Under the pieces are notes generated by a model. It saw only the letters and a program-made list of their open reading frames with translations, had not been told where the DNA came from and ran no database searches. From assembly GCA_001643675.2 (NCBI GenBank), contig LSRY02000007.1:1798001-1862000 (forward strand): a DNA stretch of 64,000 nucleotides. The letters are read 5' to 3'. This document shows, piece after piece, positions 11,051-23,800 of the stretch (the first letter of the stretch is position 1; every line of letters starts with the position of its first letter). The translations under genes were made by a program, and so were the position numbers. The stretch comes from Monocercomonoides exilis PA203 (taxonomy: Eukaryota > Protista > Preaxostyla).

Positions 11051-12515
11051 TTAAATGTTTATATAATAATCAAATGATTTTTTAAATATTCTTCGCCAGA
11101 CTCGCGAGCTTATTAAAGAAAGTGTTTCGTGAAAGCTCGTTATATAATCTTCGTATCCTTCTTCTTCCATCTTTTCAAACATTCCAATTTGGATCTTCTT
11201 CCATTCTGCCTTCGCTAATTCTTTATCTGTCCATTTGTTCAATCTTAATGAAAAGGTTGATAATATTCCGAGACAGAACACAATTATGTCATGGTCCAAC
11301 GTTGGCTCCTGCAGCTCCTCCAAGACAATGCCAACAACTCCGCTTTCCGAAACAACAGAATCTGATATTATATTTTCGTCAGTCAGTAATTCCAAAAGAG
11401 AAACGCACAACTTGCGCATTGAATAATCGCAATCTTTTGTTTCCCTGTATAGCCTTGTAACCAATTCCAATAGCTCAACAAACTCTTCTTTCAGCATCAT
11501 GTAGAAATAGCAACGGCATTTATAAAGCACTTTCAGCCATCTCTTTATCAATATCTCTTCATTTGTTTTTTCTTCTTTATCTTTTCTCTTCCAATCCACA
11601 AGTGCATTTAGCTCTTCCAATTCTCTTATTACCTCTCTTCCAAAATGCAGTTCATTCTCAATGACTCTTTTGAAGAGTTCGTCTCCGAGCGATCGGCACA
11701 TCAAAAATTGCCAAGCAGATTGATAGGCAATTCGAGTTAGATTCCGTTGTTCCTGATGATATTGGATAATTTCTTTAATCTCGCTCAAGAACAGTTTTTC
11801 CATCAAATACTGACAGTAAATTAGAAAATGACAACAAATAAACAAAGAAGAAACAATTCCACACTGTAAATTTGTCTATGTTTCTCAAAGCCAGCAAAGC
11901 CATTTCCACCTCTTTTCGCGTTTCCTCGCTTTTCTCCTTGTTCAATGCAACCTTCAGAAGGCAAGGCACGCTAATTGAAACAATTTCTTTTGACGTGATT
12001 CCTATACAATTATGCAACATTAAATAACATTCGCAAAGATCGATCAAAAGCTTTTCGTTCTTTTCTTCTTTTTTCTGTTCTTCTATTATTTTCCCCGCAA
12101 ATCTTTCGTTCAATGAAGATTCATTAAAGCAATGACTCCATATATTTGCCACCTCTTTGCAATATCCTATGCACTTCAGCAACACAACAGCATTCTCCAA
12201 CGACAGTTTCTTTTCATCGAGCATTTTGTTTATTTTATCGAAATTTTCTTTCTTTAAAATGGAGCTCAGTTCAAGTGTGCTCATCTTCATAACTATCCCA
12301 ACAATTTCCTCAATTTTCGCTTTTTGCTCTGAATCAGTGCAATTTGTTAGTTGCAACAGATCTTCTGGAAAGTTTAAATTTTCAAAAAAAAAATTATCAA
12401 AATAAATTAATCGTCCATTCCTCTGCTCAAAGATCTGGCACACCCAGAAATATTTGCTCCCTTGAATGCGTCTGTGCAATCGCAAAATAAAAATAAAAAA
12501 AACAAACACATTCAT
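11051..12515 (-). CDS. Lineage-specific expanded helical protein family member, copy 1 (spliced)
   Basis: ORFs 11775-12530 and 11051-11845 are joined by a GT-AG intron at 11810-11864; further introns inferred at 12365-12443 and 12472-12509. Motifs LLIDLCECYLML, VPCLLKVAL..E.SEE..KEVEMALLAL, EIKEIIQYHQE.RNL.R..YQ.AW.FL and FEKMEEEGYED are shared with copy 2. Confidence 0.75.
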
Positions 12516-14975
12516 TTTCGTGTAATTCAAGGAATGTTCAAATCAAAAAAATACTATAACTCCCGTTGTCATATATAATAAATAAGCATTGAACACTTCT
12601 TCCTTTTCCATCTTTTTCTATTGCCTCAAAGCAAGCGAATTCAAGAACAAAAAATATTCAGTATTTCGGATATATAAATAAGGGTTATCAACCTATAATT
12701 TTTTAAAATGTGAATGATTCTTGTTTTGTGATTATCGCGAACAGAAAAGGTTCGGACTGTTAAGTGGCTGTGGAACAGATGCAAAAATGCGAGTTGTTGC
12801 ACAGACGAAAGGGAATATATCTTTTTGCAAAAGGAACAGCTTGGGGCTATTTGCATTTGTTGTTTGTGAAACTGGAATTGAATAATAATTTTGCAAAAAA
12901 ATTAAATTTGCTGTCGCATGTTACAAAAAATGTTTGGAAACGCCTGCTGCGCCTTTAAAAATGCAGAATTGGAATGATTAACATCCAAAAATGTGAACGA
13001 AATGTGTCTGAAAGATTCGATTGGATAGCTTGCTCATTTCATATGAAATGCAACTCACAGACAGCACGCCTTGAAAGCGATGCGTAGGATTTAGTTTCAG
13101 TGATCATCGGGAAACCTGCATTTTATCGAAAAGGAATGCAATTATCTGTTGGACAACTGATGAAGCAAGGCGAGTGAAATTTTGAGCAGAAAAATATTGG
13201 AAGCAGTCATGCTGGCCATCATTGGAGATTTGAGGTTTGAAAAGATTTTGAAAAATGATAACCATCCTGCTGCGTTTGAAGAGAGTGCATTTTCGTCTGG
13301 TTCAACAAACTATCTCAAGATGGATTCTCAACTTCAGAAGCTATTCTGTGCCTGAGAGCTGATAAATTGTCTTCCACTTATTTTATTTTGTGCTGACAAG
13401 CTATTTGGGAGAACAAGAAAACTGGATGAGTTGGTAAGTTACAGACGATTACAAATGGAAACTATTGAAAGACAAAATAGATGGTTGAATAGTTTTTTGA
13501 AAAGGAAGATATTTTAATGAGTCCAGCTTTGCTATGAAAGGGAGAAGCAGAAGAAAAGAACTGAAATTCTTCTCGAAAGAGCCAGAAATTTTGTGATTTT
13601 GCCTGTTTGTGTTGCATTCAAAAGCGAAGCATTGAATTCTTCCATCTTCTTTGGATGCCTTTTCACCTGGTTTATGCCTAAAATGAGCTTTTTGGCAAAA
13701 AGTCATTTGTCGTTTCTGATGTTCGGAATGTTTGACAGAAGCAGTGTCTTCACCAGAGCGGATGTGCTTTCTGAGGATTTGCATTCAGAATGCATCAGAC
13801 TTTTCGTGTGATTCATTGTTCCTCTTTGTCATTTCCAAAATCGTTTGGCAGAAGCATCCGATGGAAGCTGTTATGACAAGCATTGCCCTTCTTGCGGGGT
13901 GGCAGAATTGAGTGCAGTGTGAAAGGTCCCTGAAATAAGGAGAGGAATTTGTGTTGTAGGCGAAGACTTGCCCAAAAGAAAGGGGGAAAGAGGGAAGCGG
14001 AGCACAGGGAGGAGAGGGAAAAAGAGGAGAAAGAAGAGAGGCAGGATATAATTGATGAAGATGAATGGACATGCGATTTGACAGAAAGAAAGTGAAGGGG
14101 AGAAAGGAGAAGAAAAAGGAAAAATAGGGATTTTTTGTTTTTAATTGGGGAAAGACTGAAAAGCAGAAGTATTTTTTGCATCAGAGAAGAATGAGATCAG
14201 ATTGTCATGTGAGCCAACTGTTTCTCTCAACAAGGCGATTTGCACACGCAAAGGCCTCTTTGGAGAGACAGGTTGTTCCAAAGCAATTGACACTCAGACA
14301 CAAAAACAGAAGAACAGCAATTGGAGTGATATTTTACGAGACAGTTATTTCTGCGCGGCCAAGGATCAAATAAAGGGTAATATTTGCGATTGGAACTATG
14401 AGAGTGGATGAATGGAAAGGCAAGTGGCCTTTCAAAAAATGTTTGTTTTTATTTTTTTGATGAGCATGTGAATTCAGCTAAACGTTATTTTCCTTGTTTT
14501 TCTGTAAAAATTATTCAAATCTTCATTTTCAAACATAAATGATTTCATTCCAACAAACTTCATTGTTATACACTTTTCAATCAGTAATTTCGAATGAATT
14601 TTAATTTTGTTGATTTGCATATAAATTTTAACAATCAATTTCAGTTCTTGCAAAAATTATCAAAGTTCTTCATTTGACAATAATAATAATAATGGACTGT
14701 CCAAAATAAACTTTCTCATGAGTATGCTCAACGCATCATTATAAAACCTATGAAAATGAATGGAACATGTAATGATTATTCAATCAAAAAAACATTTATC
14801 CTTCTGGATATGAAGGTGATCAACTTATTTTACGCTTGTATGCAAATTGCACAAGAATGTCATTTCTTGTTTCTTTCATTTTTTATTGTAGAATTTGTTT
14901 TGAAATCGTTGCAACATAAAAAAATTAAATTAGGAATTGTTTATCTTTGCAATTCCATTTCAAAAATAAAAATCC

Positions 14976-15057
14976 AAAAAAAAAAAAAAGAAAGAAAGAA
15001 AAAAAGAAAAAGAAAAAAGAAAAAAAAGAAAAAGAAAAAGAAAAAGAAAAGAAAAGA
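14976..15057. repeat. Poly-A/(AAAAAG)n low-complexity tract
   Basis: Directly visible, just past the 3' end of copy 2. Confidence 0.85.
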
Positions 15058-15068
15058 GCATCATTTCT

Positions 15069-16537
15069 TCAAATATTCACAAAATAATCAGAAATATTCA
15101 ACGATAGTCCATGATAATATCGTCTGAAAAGAAAATTAAATATTTCATAAAAGCTTATGATGATATCTTCGTATCCTTCTTCTTCCATTTTTTCAAAAGC
15201 CTTTCTTATTGTTGCTTTTCTTTTCACTTCTTCCATTTCATCTTTCTTCTTTTCTTTCAATTTCCTCAATAAATCGAGTAAAAAGTGAAAGACATTTAAT
15301 GAGAGTCTATCGTCCAATGTTGGCTGCTTAATTTCCTCCAAAACGTCATCAACAGCTCCTCCTTTCATCAACTCTTCAACTGCTTCAAATCTGTTTGTCG
15401 TTCTTTTAAACAACACAAGGCATTGCTCACTAATTACTCTGTAATTATCCCTTGATGCTCTGAACAACCTTGTTATGCTACCAATCAGCCAAACAAATTC
15501 TGCATTCCACAATTTGAAATAGGTAAAATTTTGTTCCAAGGTTCCCAGCCATCTCAGTATAATTAGCTCTTTTTTTTTATCTTTTCTTCTTTCTTCTTTC
15601 TCCTCTTCTTTTCTCTTCCAATCCACATTTCCTCTGAGCTCTTCCAGCTCTCTTACTGCCTCTCTTCCAAAACGCAGCTCATTCACAATCACTTCATCCA
15701 AGCTGTCATCATTGAAGAATCTGCTCATTAAAAATTTCCAGGCAGTCTGATAGTCAAGTCGAGCGAGGTTTCGATGTTCCTGGTGATATTCAATGATCTC
15801 TTTGATTTCCTTAAAATACAGTTCTCTTTTCATTTCCTTAGCAAAAAAGGAGCATAAAACAATTCAATCTCGTCAAAAAGGATAAAAGAAGTGTTCAAAC
15901 AATATATTCGTTAATGTTGCTCAGCGCCAGCAAAGCCATTTCCACTTCTGTTTGAACTTCCTCGCTTTCATCTTTGGCAGATGCAACTTTCAGGAGGCAA
16001 GGCACGCATATCAAAATCAACTCCAAAGAAGCCCACTTGCTCAACAAAAGATAGCTTTCACAAAGATCAACAAGCAAACTTTCTTCATTTTCTTCATTTT
16101 TCTTTTCTTCATCAGCAATCATCTGTTTGAATCTTCTGCTCAGTGAAGATATTTCAAAGCATGGATTCCACACATTTTTCAGCATTTTGCAATATCCCAT
16201 ATGCTTTTGAAACAGAATGGTATTGTTCATCGACAATTTCTTTTCATCAATCATTTTGAGTATTTTGTTGAATATTTCTTCGTTGATAATGGATTTAAAT
16301 TCTTCTTTATTCATTCCATCAATCTATTCATTCATTTCTTCAATTTTCTGCTTCTGTTCAGCTTCATTGCAATGTTCAAGTTCACTAAACAATTCTGTGA
16401 ATAGAAAATAGTTTAATCAGAATAAGCCAGAATTCAAATGCTACAATGAATACAAACTTGTGAACTTTTTCGTTCTGTCTGTCTCCTATATACAGATTTT
16501 TTTTTATAAAAAAATTGAATGAAGAAAGCAATGCCAT
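15069..16537 (-). CDS. Lineage-specific expanded helical protein family member, copy 2 (spliced)
   Basis: ORFs 15895-16314 and 15069-15833 are joined by an intron at 15837-15900; an intron at 16395-16457 gives ETDRTKKFTKLFSELEHCNEAEQKQKIEEM. Intron positions and motifs match copy 1; the start codon is uncertain. Confidence 0.72.
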
Positions 16538-17249
16538 TTTGATATTCACAATGAAAGTTCAAAAGATTGGACAGTAGAATCAGATGAAAAATAAAAACTC
16601 ATAAAAGATGAAAGAAACATATGCATTCAAACTGTTTCATCTTCCGCGAACATTTTCGACTTGTAATTTCAAAGAAAAAGAACGCTTTGTTCTTTCTCTT
16701 TGTTGTTATGGATGTTTTGATCAAAGTTTTTTTCAAAAGGAATATTGATTAACAAAGTGAGAGTTCAATTAATGAACATTTCCCAAATAATTAGAAGAAT
16801 TATTTCCAATGATGGCAGCTGGAATTGGAGGAAATGTAATTATACGAAAATTCCATCTTTCGAATCACTGAGATTCATTGTCCAAGGAAATATAACGATT
16901 TTTGTTTTGAATGGAAATATATGAATGAATGCATTTTATATTGTTCTATTGATTGCAAAGATATTTTCATCCGTATCCTCTCCAGAGCGCAGGAATATGA
17001 GTTATTGTTGAAATGGATAATCTCAGCTTTGAAGGGCGTAATGATGAGAACAGTGCTGATAATTGTATAGTAATTAGATAATATGATAATATGTGCAAGA
17101 GCCATGCTTTCCATAATTTTTATTCGAGCGAGAAATGAAAACAAACAGATTATTCTTTTTTGAATATTGATAAAAGAGGACTGAATACAGTGAAAAATGG
17201 AGAACAGTCATGGTAATGTTGCAATAAAGGAATGTAATGTAGGAGAACT

Positions 17250-17835
17250 GATTGGGGAGCTTTTGGACAACGAGAGAAACTGACAATATGAAAAGCAAGA
17301 TATTTTACTGAAATGAAGAAGAGGGAAGAGGAAAAGAAACGAAAGAAGTGTGTCTTTTGTTGAGATTTCTACGCAATTGATAATTCCTTATTTTGGTTCT
17401 ATTTTTGGATTGAAAAACTTGTTGTGCTTTTTTTCATCATTATAAAGATCTTTCGGGCAGCAAAGAATAATTACTATGAAATTTGCAATCAGTTCATTTA
17501 TTCCATCCGACCTGCTGCGAGAAACAGTGCTGTGGTAATTAAAGACTTGTTGAATGAAGGAGCTTGATGTTGTCATTCATGAAACGGATCGATTCAAAGC
17601 GACAATTTCATCAGCCGAAGGCTATTTAAGATTTTTCGAAAATGCTTGTGAAAAATCGAAGAGCACGAACAGAAAAGCAAACGATAATGCAATACAAAAA
17701 GAGATTAAAAGAAAAATTTTTGACAAAATGGAAGAAGAAGAATATAAAGACAGTCAAACAAGCTTTCTGGATGTGTTTCTTTGCGTGAATTAGAATTATT
17801 AAAAGATAATTTTTGAAGATTATTTCGATAACTTT
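17250..17835 (+). pseudogene. Degenerate third copy (3' part) of the same helical family, in opposite orientation
   Basis: Frameshifted pieces EEGRGKETKEVCLLLRFL, IIKIFRAAKNNYYEICNQFIYSIR..NSAVVIKDLLNEGA, KEIKRKIFDKMEEEEYKD and FEDYFDN align to the C-terminal exon of copies 1 and 2; multiple stops. Confidence 0.7.
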
Positions 17836-17872
17836 GATGGTTTTCGAAACATTTGCATTTCAGATACATATA

Positions 17873-20104
17873 AAGACATGGACAAAACCCGGGAAAGGGA
17901 CAAAACCCGGGAATGTCCAATCAATTGAAAAGTTTTTCAACAATTGACTCCGCTTCCTGATTTCTTTTTTTTTTTAATTAACAAAAATAAATATTTATTT
18001 GAAAAAAAATGTTCATACGATGTTTTTTTAATATTTTTTTCTTAATTACAAATGAAATGAGCTTTCAAAATCACTATCGAAAAGAAACATTGGCTGATAT
18101 GAGACCATACGAAAATAATCAAACAAAATGAAAAAAATTCTATCATCAAGTTGCGAAACAAAATTGTTTGAAAAGAAAAGTCGCTTTCAGCTGAAATAAA
18201 ATAGTTTTCCCCATTTTGTTTCAGACACTTGTTTTCTTTTTCGTTTTTCTCCTGAAAACAAAGAAGATTCATCCATTTCTTCTTCACAAGTTTGTTCCGA
18301 TATCTTGCATTTTGTTTTCCCATCGCATTTATCCTCTTTTGCTTTCCTCTCTGACATTTGCTTTTGCATACTGCCTTTCACGGTTCTGGATTCGCTTTTT
18401 TCTTTTTCTCAGAATTATAAAATAAGAATAAATTAGATAATCATTTCATTCAAATTTAATGAAATTTCTCAAACCTTCTTCACTTGGTTCGTTCTCCTGA
18501 ACAAAATCATCACTTGTTAAAACTTTCATGTTAAAGACTCCATTTGAAGCACGGGCCGATGAACTAAAAGTAGATATTTTTGTAATTGAAGACTGATTGG
18601 GCAGTCGGTCTAAAACAACTGACGGATCAAATGGCTCAATCCCGCAAGCGTTGAACGATTTTTTTATAGTTCTAGGTTCCAACGCAGCACTCACAGCATC
18701 TGCCAATGCTGGCACAAGAGCTTTTCTATATGACGATATTACGCTTTCGGTTGGAGGCTGAAAAGATGAATACAGTCTTTTTTTGAATTGGGCAAACACA
18801 TAGCGATCAAGCGGTTGTGTCAAGTGTGTGGTGTGCGAAGGAAGAATAATAATTTCGATTGAATGTTCACGACACCATGTGATAACAGGCCAGCAAAGCC
18901 TCGATGAATGCCCATCCATTATAATAAGCGCCGATGCTTCCGATCCATGCAGTTCAATTCTTTTTTTGTTAACAGCGGGTAAAATGTTTTTCATCATGAT
19001 TTCTTCAAAGTCATTTTTTGTCATCCACCCGCTTCCGTTGGCCACTATTGCAAGTCGATGATATTTTAATAATGCAAGATCTTTTGGTACAGTTTTTGAG
19101 GGCCAAATCATCACTGGATTAATAGAAGATCCATGTGCAAAAACTCCGAAAACCAAAGTTGCGTTGGGCTGATGTTGTTGGGAGTGCAACATTGGATCTT
19201 CTTGATCTGATCGTTTGATTACGAAATCGTTATCAGAATGTCACAAACTGACTCCTGTTTCGTCTATATTCAATATCAGATCGGCGCAAATTTTGTTCGT
19301 TCTTATTGTGTTCCCCAGCAATGAAAACCACGCTGAAATGTTTTCAGTTGAAGATGCTAGCAACCTTTTCACATCAATGGATTTTGGTTTTACCATTTGC
19401 AAGGCATTGCTTCTTTTTATGAACCGTCTTGCCCATTTTTCATTTATTTCTGCCAATTTGCTGTTGTCATCCTTGTTTCGGTTTTTTCTTTGCAAGACGT
19501 GTTCAGCCTGAAAATACAACATCAAAAAAGTTAATTCATATTTTTAAACAAAAACCAAACTATTTTAATGATGTCTTTGAATGTTATTTTATTCATTGAA
19601 AGTAAAAGAGATTTGGCACAATCTTTTATTTCTTCTTGTTCATCTTTGTTGAACAAATTCGGTCTGCCATTGTGTTGGGTATCTCTTCCCTGATTTAAAA
19701 AAGAGATATGTCGATATAGAGCTGAAGAAGAAACTAAGCCAGATGAAATAATTCTTTTGTGTGTAATCTCTTTTCTTGAAAGAAAAAAATTAATTTTTTT
19801 CAACTTTTGAATTTAATCTTCTGAATTCTGCGGTGGCTAAAACCTTTGAAAGTTCTGAAGACGAAGAAAAGGAAGACATATTGAAAAAAAAAAGCAAACA
19901 TTATGGCTTTGCGATCCATTTATTTAATTGAATTTGATCAATGATTTCATCATTTTAAAAAAAGTTAAATATGGCACAATAGAAGAACAAAAGGAAGATG
20001 TTTGATTTTTTCAATATCAAATTCTTCAACTCACTTTTTCTTTTTTGAGTTTTTCATTAGACATTCCCGGGTTTTGTCCCTTTCCCGGGTTTTGTCCATT
20101 TCTT
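17873..20104 (-). mobile_element. pogo/Fot1-like (Tc1/mariner superfamily) DNA transposon, about 2.2 kb
   Basis: TIRs of about 50 bp (AAGA[C/A]ATGGACAAAACCCGGGAAAGGGACAAAACCCGGGAATGTC) at 17873 and, inverted, ending at 20104; TA on both flanks (17871-72, 20105-06); internal DDE_1-type transposase. Confidence 0.92.
18187..19879 (-). pseudogene. DD35D transposase (CENP-B/HTH region plus DDE_1 domain), disrupted
   Basis: HTH-like SSSALYRH..GRPNLF; intron 19508-19560; KWARRFIKR; catalytic NIDETG / IMDGHSSR / LPSHTTHLTQPLD with 35 residues between the second and third Asp. In-frame TGA at 19241-19243; ATG at 19879 is out of frame with the HTH exon; possible last exon ending at 18187. Confidence 0.82.
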
Positions 20105-20814
20105 TATGAATATGCGATTTCCACGTCATCTGCACGTGAACACTGTATTTTCTCTCATTTATTTTTATTTAGGAAAACAGATTTTCTCTTTCAAAAATAT
20201 TTTTTGTCCGAAGCGCCAATTTAACAAATAAATAATAAAGGAAAGAAAGAAAAAGAAAAAGATAAAGAATAAAAAGATTAATATTTTTTCACAAAGCATA
20301 GGCCAAGTTTCAAAAAACAAAAACAAAATAAAGAAAGAAATTATTAGAAGGAAAGAAACACACCTTCCATCACCACTCTTTTTTTTAAAAAAGTTATCCA
20401 CTTTATAACTTTGATTATAGAAATAATTTCAGAGCAAACGCTGACCTTAAATAAGTTAATTGAAAAAATAACAAGATATCATATTTTTCTTTTTGGTATT
20501 TGGAACATTGACTGACCAGAAGGAAATTTCCTAAGTGCGATATAACCAAACAAATATTGAAGCTGAAGGATAATTTTGTGTTTATTCATAACAATTGTTT
20601 TGAAATTTCTCTTTTTGTTAATGATGGAATATAATGTTAATTAAAACAACTATTTTTCACTCCATTTTTTATAATGACGATGATCCATCGATTTTTTATT
20701 TCATTCACATTTGATAATAAGATCAACAAAATAATTTTTTTCGAGGACCCTTATTTAAAATTTTCTAATTGTTGAATTTTTATTTCTTTGTTTTTCAGAG
20801 AAGGACAAGCTTTT

Positions 20815-23800
20815 ATGTTCCGCACAATGATGCCACTTATCCAACTGACACTTGTTGTGTGGGTGGCATCGTTTTCACTTCAAATCAAGATGGGATTGAA
20901 CAACAAAGATATGATTATTAAAAAAGATGATATCAGTGACATCAGCAATGTCTCTTCCAATAAAATTTCGATTTTACATAAAGAAAACATTTGCGAGGGG
21001 GACATACGAAGATGCATCGCTTTTCCTGACTTATTTGAGAAAAGAAATGCATTGTTCGACCAAACATCAATATCAACGCATTTCAGAGTGAAAAATTCAA
21101 CACTTCGAGAAAGAAGGTTAATGTTCTTCAGGGAAGAGAAGCATGCTTTCTGTGTATCCGCTTCAGATTCGTTGCTCCGAATTGAAGATATAAAGGCAGT
21201 TTTTGAAAGAGGATCATTCAATACCCTTTTTCGAATGAATGAAGGCGATATTAAAATCCGAAATATCACACTACTGACGAAATACGAAAACACAGAAGTG
21301 ACTTCATTAGTCACTTGGAATGGCAATGTGAATCACATGAATGTGAGAGAAAAAGTGTTTTTGGAAGATTCATTGTTTTCTTCAATGATGATGATGCCTT
21401 TTTTATCTCTGCTTGGATCATCAACAATGCTGTGCACGACCATTGATAATGTTGCATTTTTCAACATCACTTCATGCATCGCACACAAAGAGACAGGCAT
21501 CAGGAAAGAAAATGTGTTCCTTCAGAAGTCCTTCATTTCAAATTGCGAAATAAATGAATGCGACAATGTGTTTTGCAATAATGTTGAAAAAGCAAAGAGC
21601 ATGATTGAGTTTTGTGCAACGAACACATCATTCGAGAAATCACATGATCCGATAAGAGACAAAACATTCTCCAGTTCTCTGGACACATTCGACAACGGAA
21701 TGATTGAATATGAAAGCTGCTCATTCATTAATTGCACATCCTCCATACGCAATGGAAGTGCGATTTGTATTAAAGGAAGTGCATCACTGACTCTCGTGAG
21801 TTGTTTGTTTGAGAATTGCTCAATCACTTACAGTGGAGATGAATACCCACGAGGAGGAGCTGTTTATTGTACTGGTTCAGGAAATAGTGTTACCATCAAC
21901 ACGACTTTTGAAAGGTGTTGGTGCAATTGTCCTTCACGATGTCCTTATGGTGGTGCAATATCAATTTTTCAAAAAAACCCATTTCTGAAAAAATGTGTTT
22001 TTCACAATTGCAACTCATCTCACGGAGGGGGTGCGTTGAATGTTGAGAAACACACAAAATTGGATTAATTGGTTGTGAATTTGAAAAAAACACTGCGATA
22101 TTGAGATCTGGTTCAATTCATGTGAATGCTGGAACATCTACAAACTATGAGAATTGCCTATTTAAAGATTCAAAAGTGAACGAAGGGAGTGCAGGAACAA
22201 TTACCAATGCAGTAAATGAAAAAACAATTTGCCTATTTTTGTTTTGCTTATTCGCGAACAACACTTCATTTAATAGTGAAGGGCATGATATATGCATTAT
22301 GGGCAATGGAACAGAACGGGTGTTGCAAGAATGGATTGTTTACTCCTATTCGACATCGGAGTCAGCAGGGCGGGTGTATTGTGGAGAACTAAAGCAAGGA
22401 TGGCTGCCAGATGTTCCAGAAATACAAAATCCTCTTCAAATAGATTTAACTGGTGGAAAGGATGTAATGGGATGTGGGACAAGCAACAGTAGATCCAAGA
22501 CCATTGGCTTTGCTTTGACACAGTGGGTGAGCTACAAACATTCAGCGATTGTGGTGTGCAGTTCAGAATTAGTGGAGAGCAATATCAGCGTATTTGGGCT
22601 TGAAATCCAATTTGAAAAGGACAATGCAGTGACAGATGTGACAGTGTCATCGAATGTTGGAAGCGGGTGTCTATTCAGCGTTGGAAGCGGGAGTCTGGTG
22701 CTGGACAGGTGGACGATTGTTCATGATTCAGAGAAATCTCGAGATGGGTCTCTGTTCATTGTTGAAGGGTTTTATGGGCTGATTGATCTGAAGGTGTGTT
22801 CAATCCGTGCAGATTCAATGGATGCTTCGTTTGCCAAACCGCTTTTTGTTGCAGAAATGGGAGAGATAATTCTTGAAGGCTGTTCCATTGAGGGTGTGTG
22901 CTTGGGGACGTGCAGTCTGTTTGCCTTGGAGAAGGAAGGAAACATTGATGTGAGAAACGGAAGCATCACAAGGATTCATCGAATGGAAGGAAATGGAGCA
23001 ATTGTTGAGAAGATACTTCAGAGTGGGGAGACATGTGATTTGTGGAACACCACGATAAGCGAGTGCAAATGCATGAATGGAAATGGTGGAGCGCTGTGGG
23101 TGAAAACAACAGAAGGAAGCCACTTGCACATCAGCTCAGGAAACAAAGCGATGAAAGTGATGAATTGTGTGGCACAATGCAATGAGCCGGATGGAAGTGC
23201 GGGAAAGAGCAAAGGAGGAGGGATATATTTGCAGTTGGAGAATGCAGATGATGACTTTGAGATTGTGAATCCGCAGTTTGAGGGGAATAGTGCCACCTGG
23301 GGAAACCATCTGTTCATTGCATCGCCAAGCCTGAAGATAAGCGTGATTCAGCAGCGCCTGCCATTCTATCCAAACTTTTTTGGGGAGAAAGATATCGAAG
23401 GCGAAGATGGAGCAACTCCGAACATTGCAATCCCACTTGTGTTCTATCTTCTTCCACAAGAAGCGAGAGTGAGTGTTGGGGATGGGGGATTTGATGTGAG
23501 TGCTTGTGGATTTGTGAAGTATCCGTGCCGTTCGCTGGATTATGGGTTTGGGCAAGAAAGCAGCAGCAACTCGATACTGTTCAACAAAAGCTACATATGG
23601 GGAGAGTGTTTCAGGCTGGATAGACAAAAAGGGTATATCATGAGCGGGGTGGAAGGGAAGTCGGAGGTGAAGATGGTTGGAAACGAAAGCCGCCTGTATG
23701 AGATGGTGGAGATTCGGAGCAGTGTGAAGATCACCTTGGTGGCGTTTGTTCTGGAGCAGAGTCTGAAGCAGCAGCAGACAAGTGTGTTTATTGTTGAAGA

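Noticed and set aside
12760-14450. Moderately GC-rich, coding-like stretch between the two family copies
   Set aside because: The frames examined are interrupted by stops and no motif was recognised; probably a decayed gene, but no call can be supported.
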